Below, piece after piece: positions 63,078 to 64,000 of a DNA stretch of 64,000 nt. Numbering within the stretch: position 1 is the stretch's first letter; each line of letters starts with the position of its first letter. Source of the stretch: Malacoraja senta (Eukaryota); the NCBI GenBank assembly GCA_038087875.1, contig CM075988.1, positions 25,050,001-25,114,000 of the forward strand, written 5' to 3'. The position numbers and the translations under genes are program-made. The notes under the pieces are model-generated. The model searched no databases, was not told where the DNA came from, and worked only from the letters and a program-made list of their open reading frames with translations.

Positions 63078-63550
63078 TGTGGTTCTTCTTGGTTCTTGGT
63101 TTCTTGGTCCTCCAAAATATTCCAAATGGAATTTAAACTGGAGGTGGTGGAGGGAGGACTTAAGCCAGAAAGGGTTTTTGGGAAGAAAGAGCTACCTTAA
63201 ATTTAGTTGCATCTGGTTGGGTAACTATGGTCGGGTGAAGATTATTCCATGCTTTAATTGTGCGGGGGAAGAATGAATTGCTGTACACATCTGTCTTGGT
63301 AGCTGGAATCTCAAATTGGATCGAATGTCCTCGTCTGCTCCTAATTGGTTTGGGTTTGGTGTAGGTCTTGTAATCTATGTTGAGCTGACCATTTAACATT
63401 TTGTAAAAACAGGTCAAACGGTGAGCTTCACGTCTGTCTTGGAGAGGGTTCCACCCCAGAGAATTCAGAAGTTTGGTAACACTCGCTTCTCTCTCATAGG
63501 TGTTAGTAACAAATCGAGCTGCCTGTCTTTGGACACGTTCGATGGAAGAA
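63078..63550 (-). mobile_element. 5'-truncated LINE of the CR1/L2 group, distinct from the HER1-type CR1
   Basis: IERVQRQAARFVTNTYEREASVTKLLNSLGWNPLQDRR...RLTCFYK...NSFFPRTIKAWNNL*, short UTR, (CCAAGAA)n-like tail. Confidence 0.85.
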
Positions 63551-63884
63551 AGGATTGCAACAAAACAGCGCAGCTTTGAAATACTGGGTGGCTGGGCAAA
63601 CCCAGATACCAATCAAGATTCTGCCACATTGCAGTTGGTCAAGAATCATGCAGACTGGACAAGGATCACATCTTCCCTTCAACCAAGAGCATTAATGACA
63701 AAGATGATTTTTTTAATGAAAATCCTGGTGGTTTTCTGTTCATCATAACAGAAGATTGTTTCTATCTCTTTATCCAGGTTGCTTGTATCCAATATGCTGG
63801 ATTTAGATTTCCCGACAAAGGTACAAAGTGCAGTGGGTGCAGATTGCAAGGGAGTACAGAGCAGAGGAGAGTGCAGATTTTGTT

Positions 63885-64000
63885 TTAGAGAGAAGGAATG
63901 GGTGATGGTTCGGGTCGAGACCCTTCTTCAGACTCTGCGTCTCAAGAAGGGTCTCAAACGAAACGTCACCCATTCCTTCTCTCCAGAGATGCTGCCTGTC
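63885..64000. mobile_element. Fold-back Penelope-derived terminus (runs off the window)
   Basis: agagagaaggaatgggtga...tcacccattccttctctcca inverted arms. Confidence 0.8.

Overview
Repeat-dense vertebrate DNA, very probably from a cartilaginous fish (skate/ray-like). This rests on V-SINE/HE1-type SINEs, HER1-type CR1 LINEs and DeuSINE-like relics, recognised by eye from memory. I found no intact host protein-coding gene; the window looks intronic or intergenic. Long ORFs are either simple-repeat artefacts or retroelement fragments (CR1, Rex1/Babar, RTE, Gypsy, a second CR1/L2-group LINE). Points of most interest: (1) about 20 Penelope-like element (PLE) termini carrying minimal hammerhead ribozyme cores, several as TSD-bounded fold-back palindromes; (2) GC-rich non-coding retroposons sharing a Rex/Babar-type 3' end; (3) a ~375-bp inverted local duplication inserted into a LINE, with a ~55-bp flanking duplication; (4) palindromic Harbinger-like MITEs whose half-copies start at the symmetry axis; (5) a hAT MITE carrying a CpG/CCAAT/GC-box cassette; (6) a few repeat-free islands that look like enhancers or exons. 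No database search was run, and repeat boundaries are approximate (+/-10-20 bp) unless a TSD is quoted.
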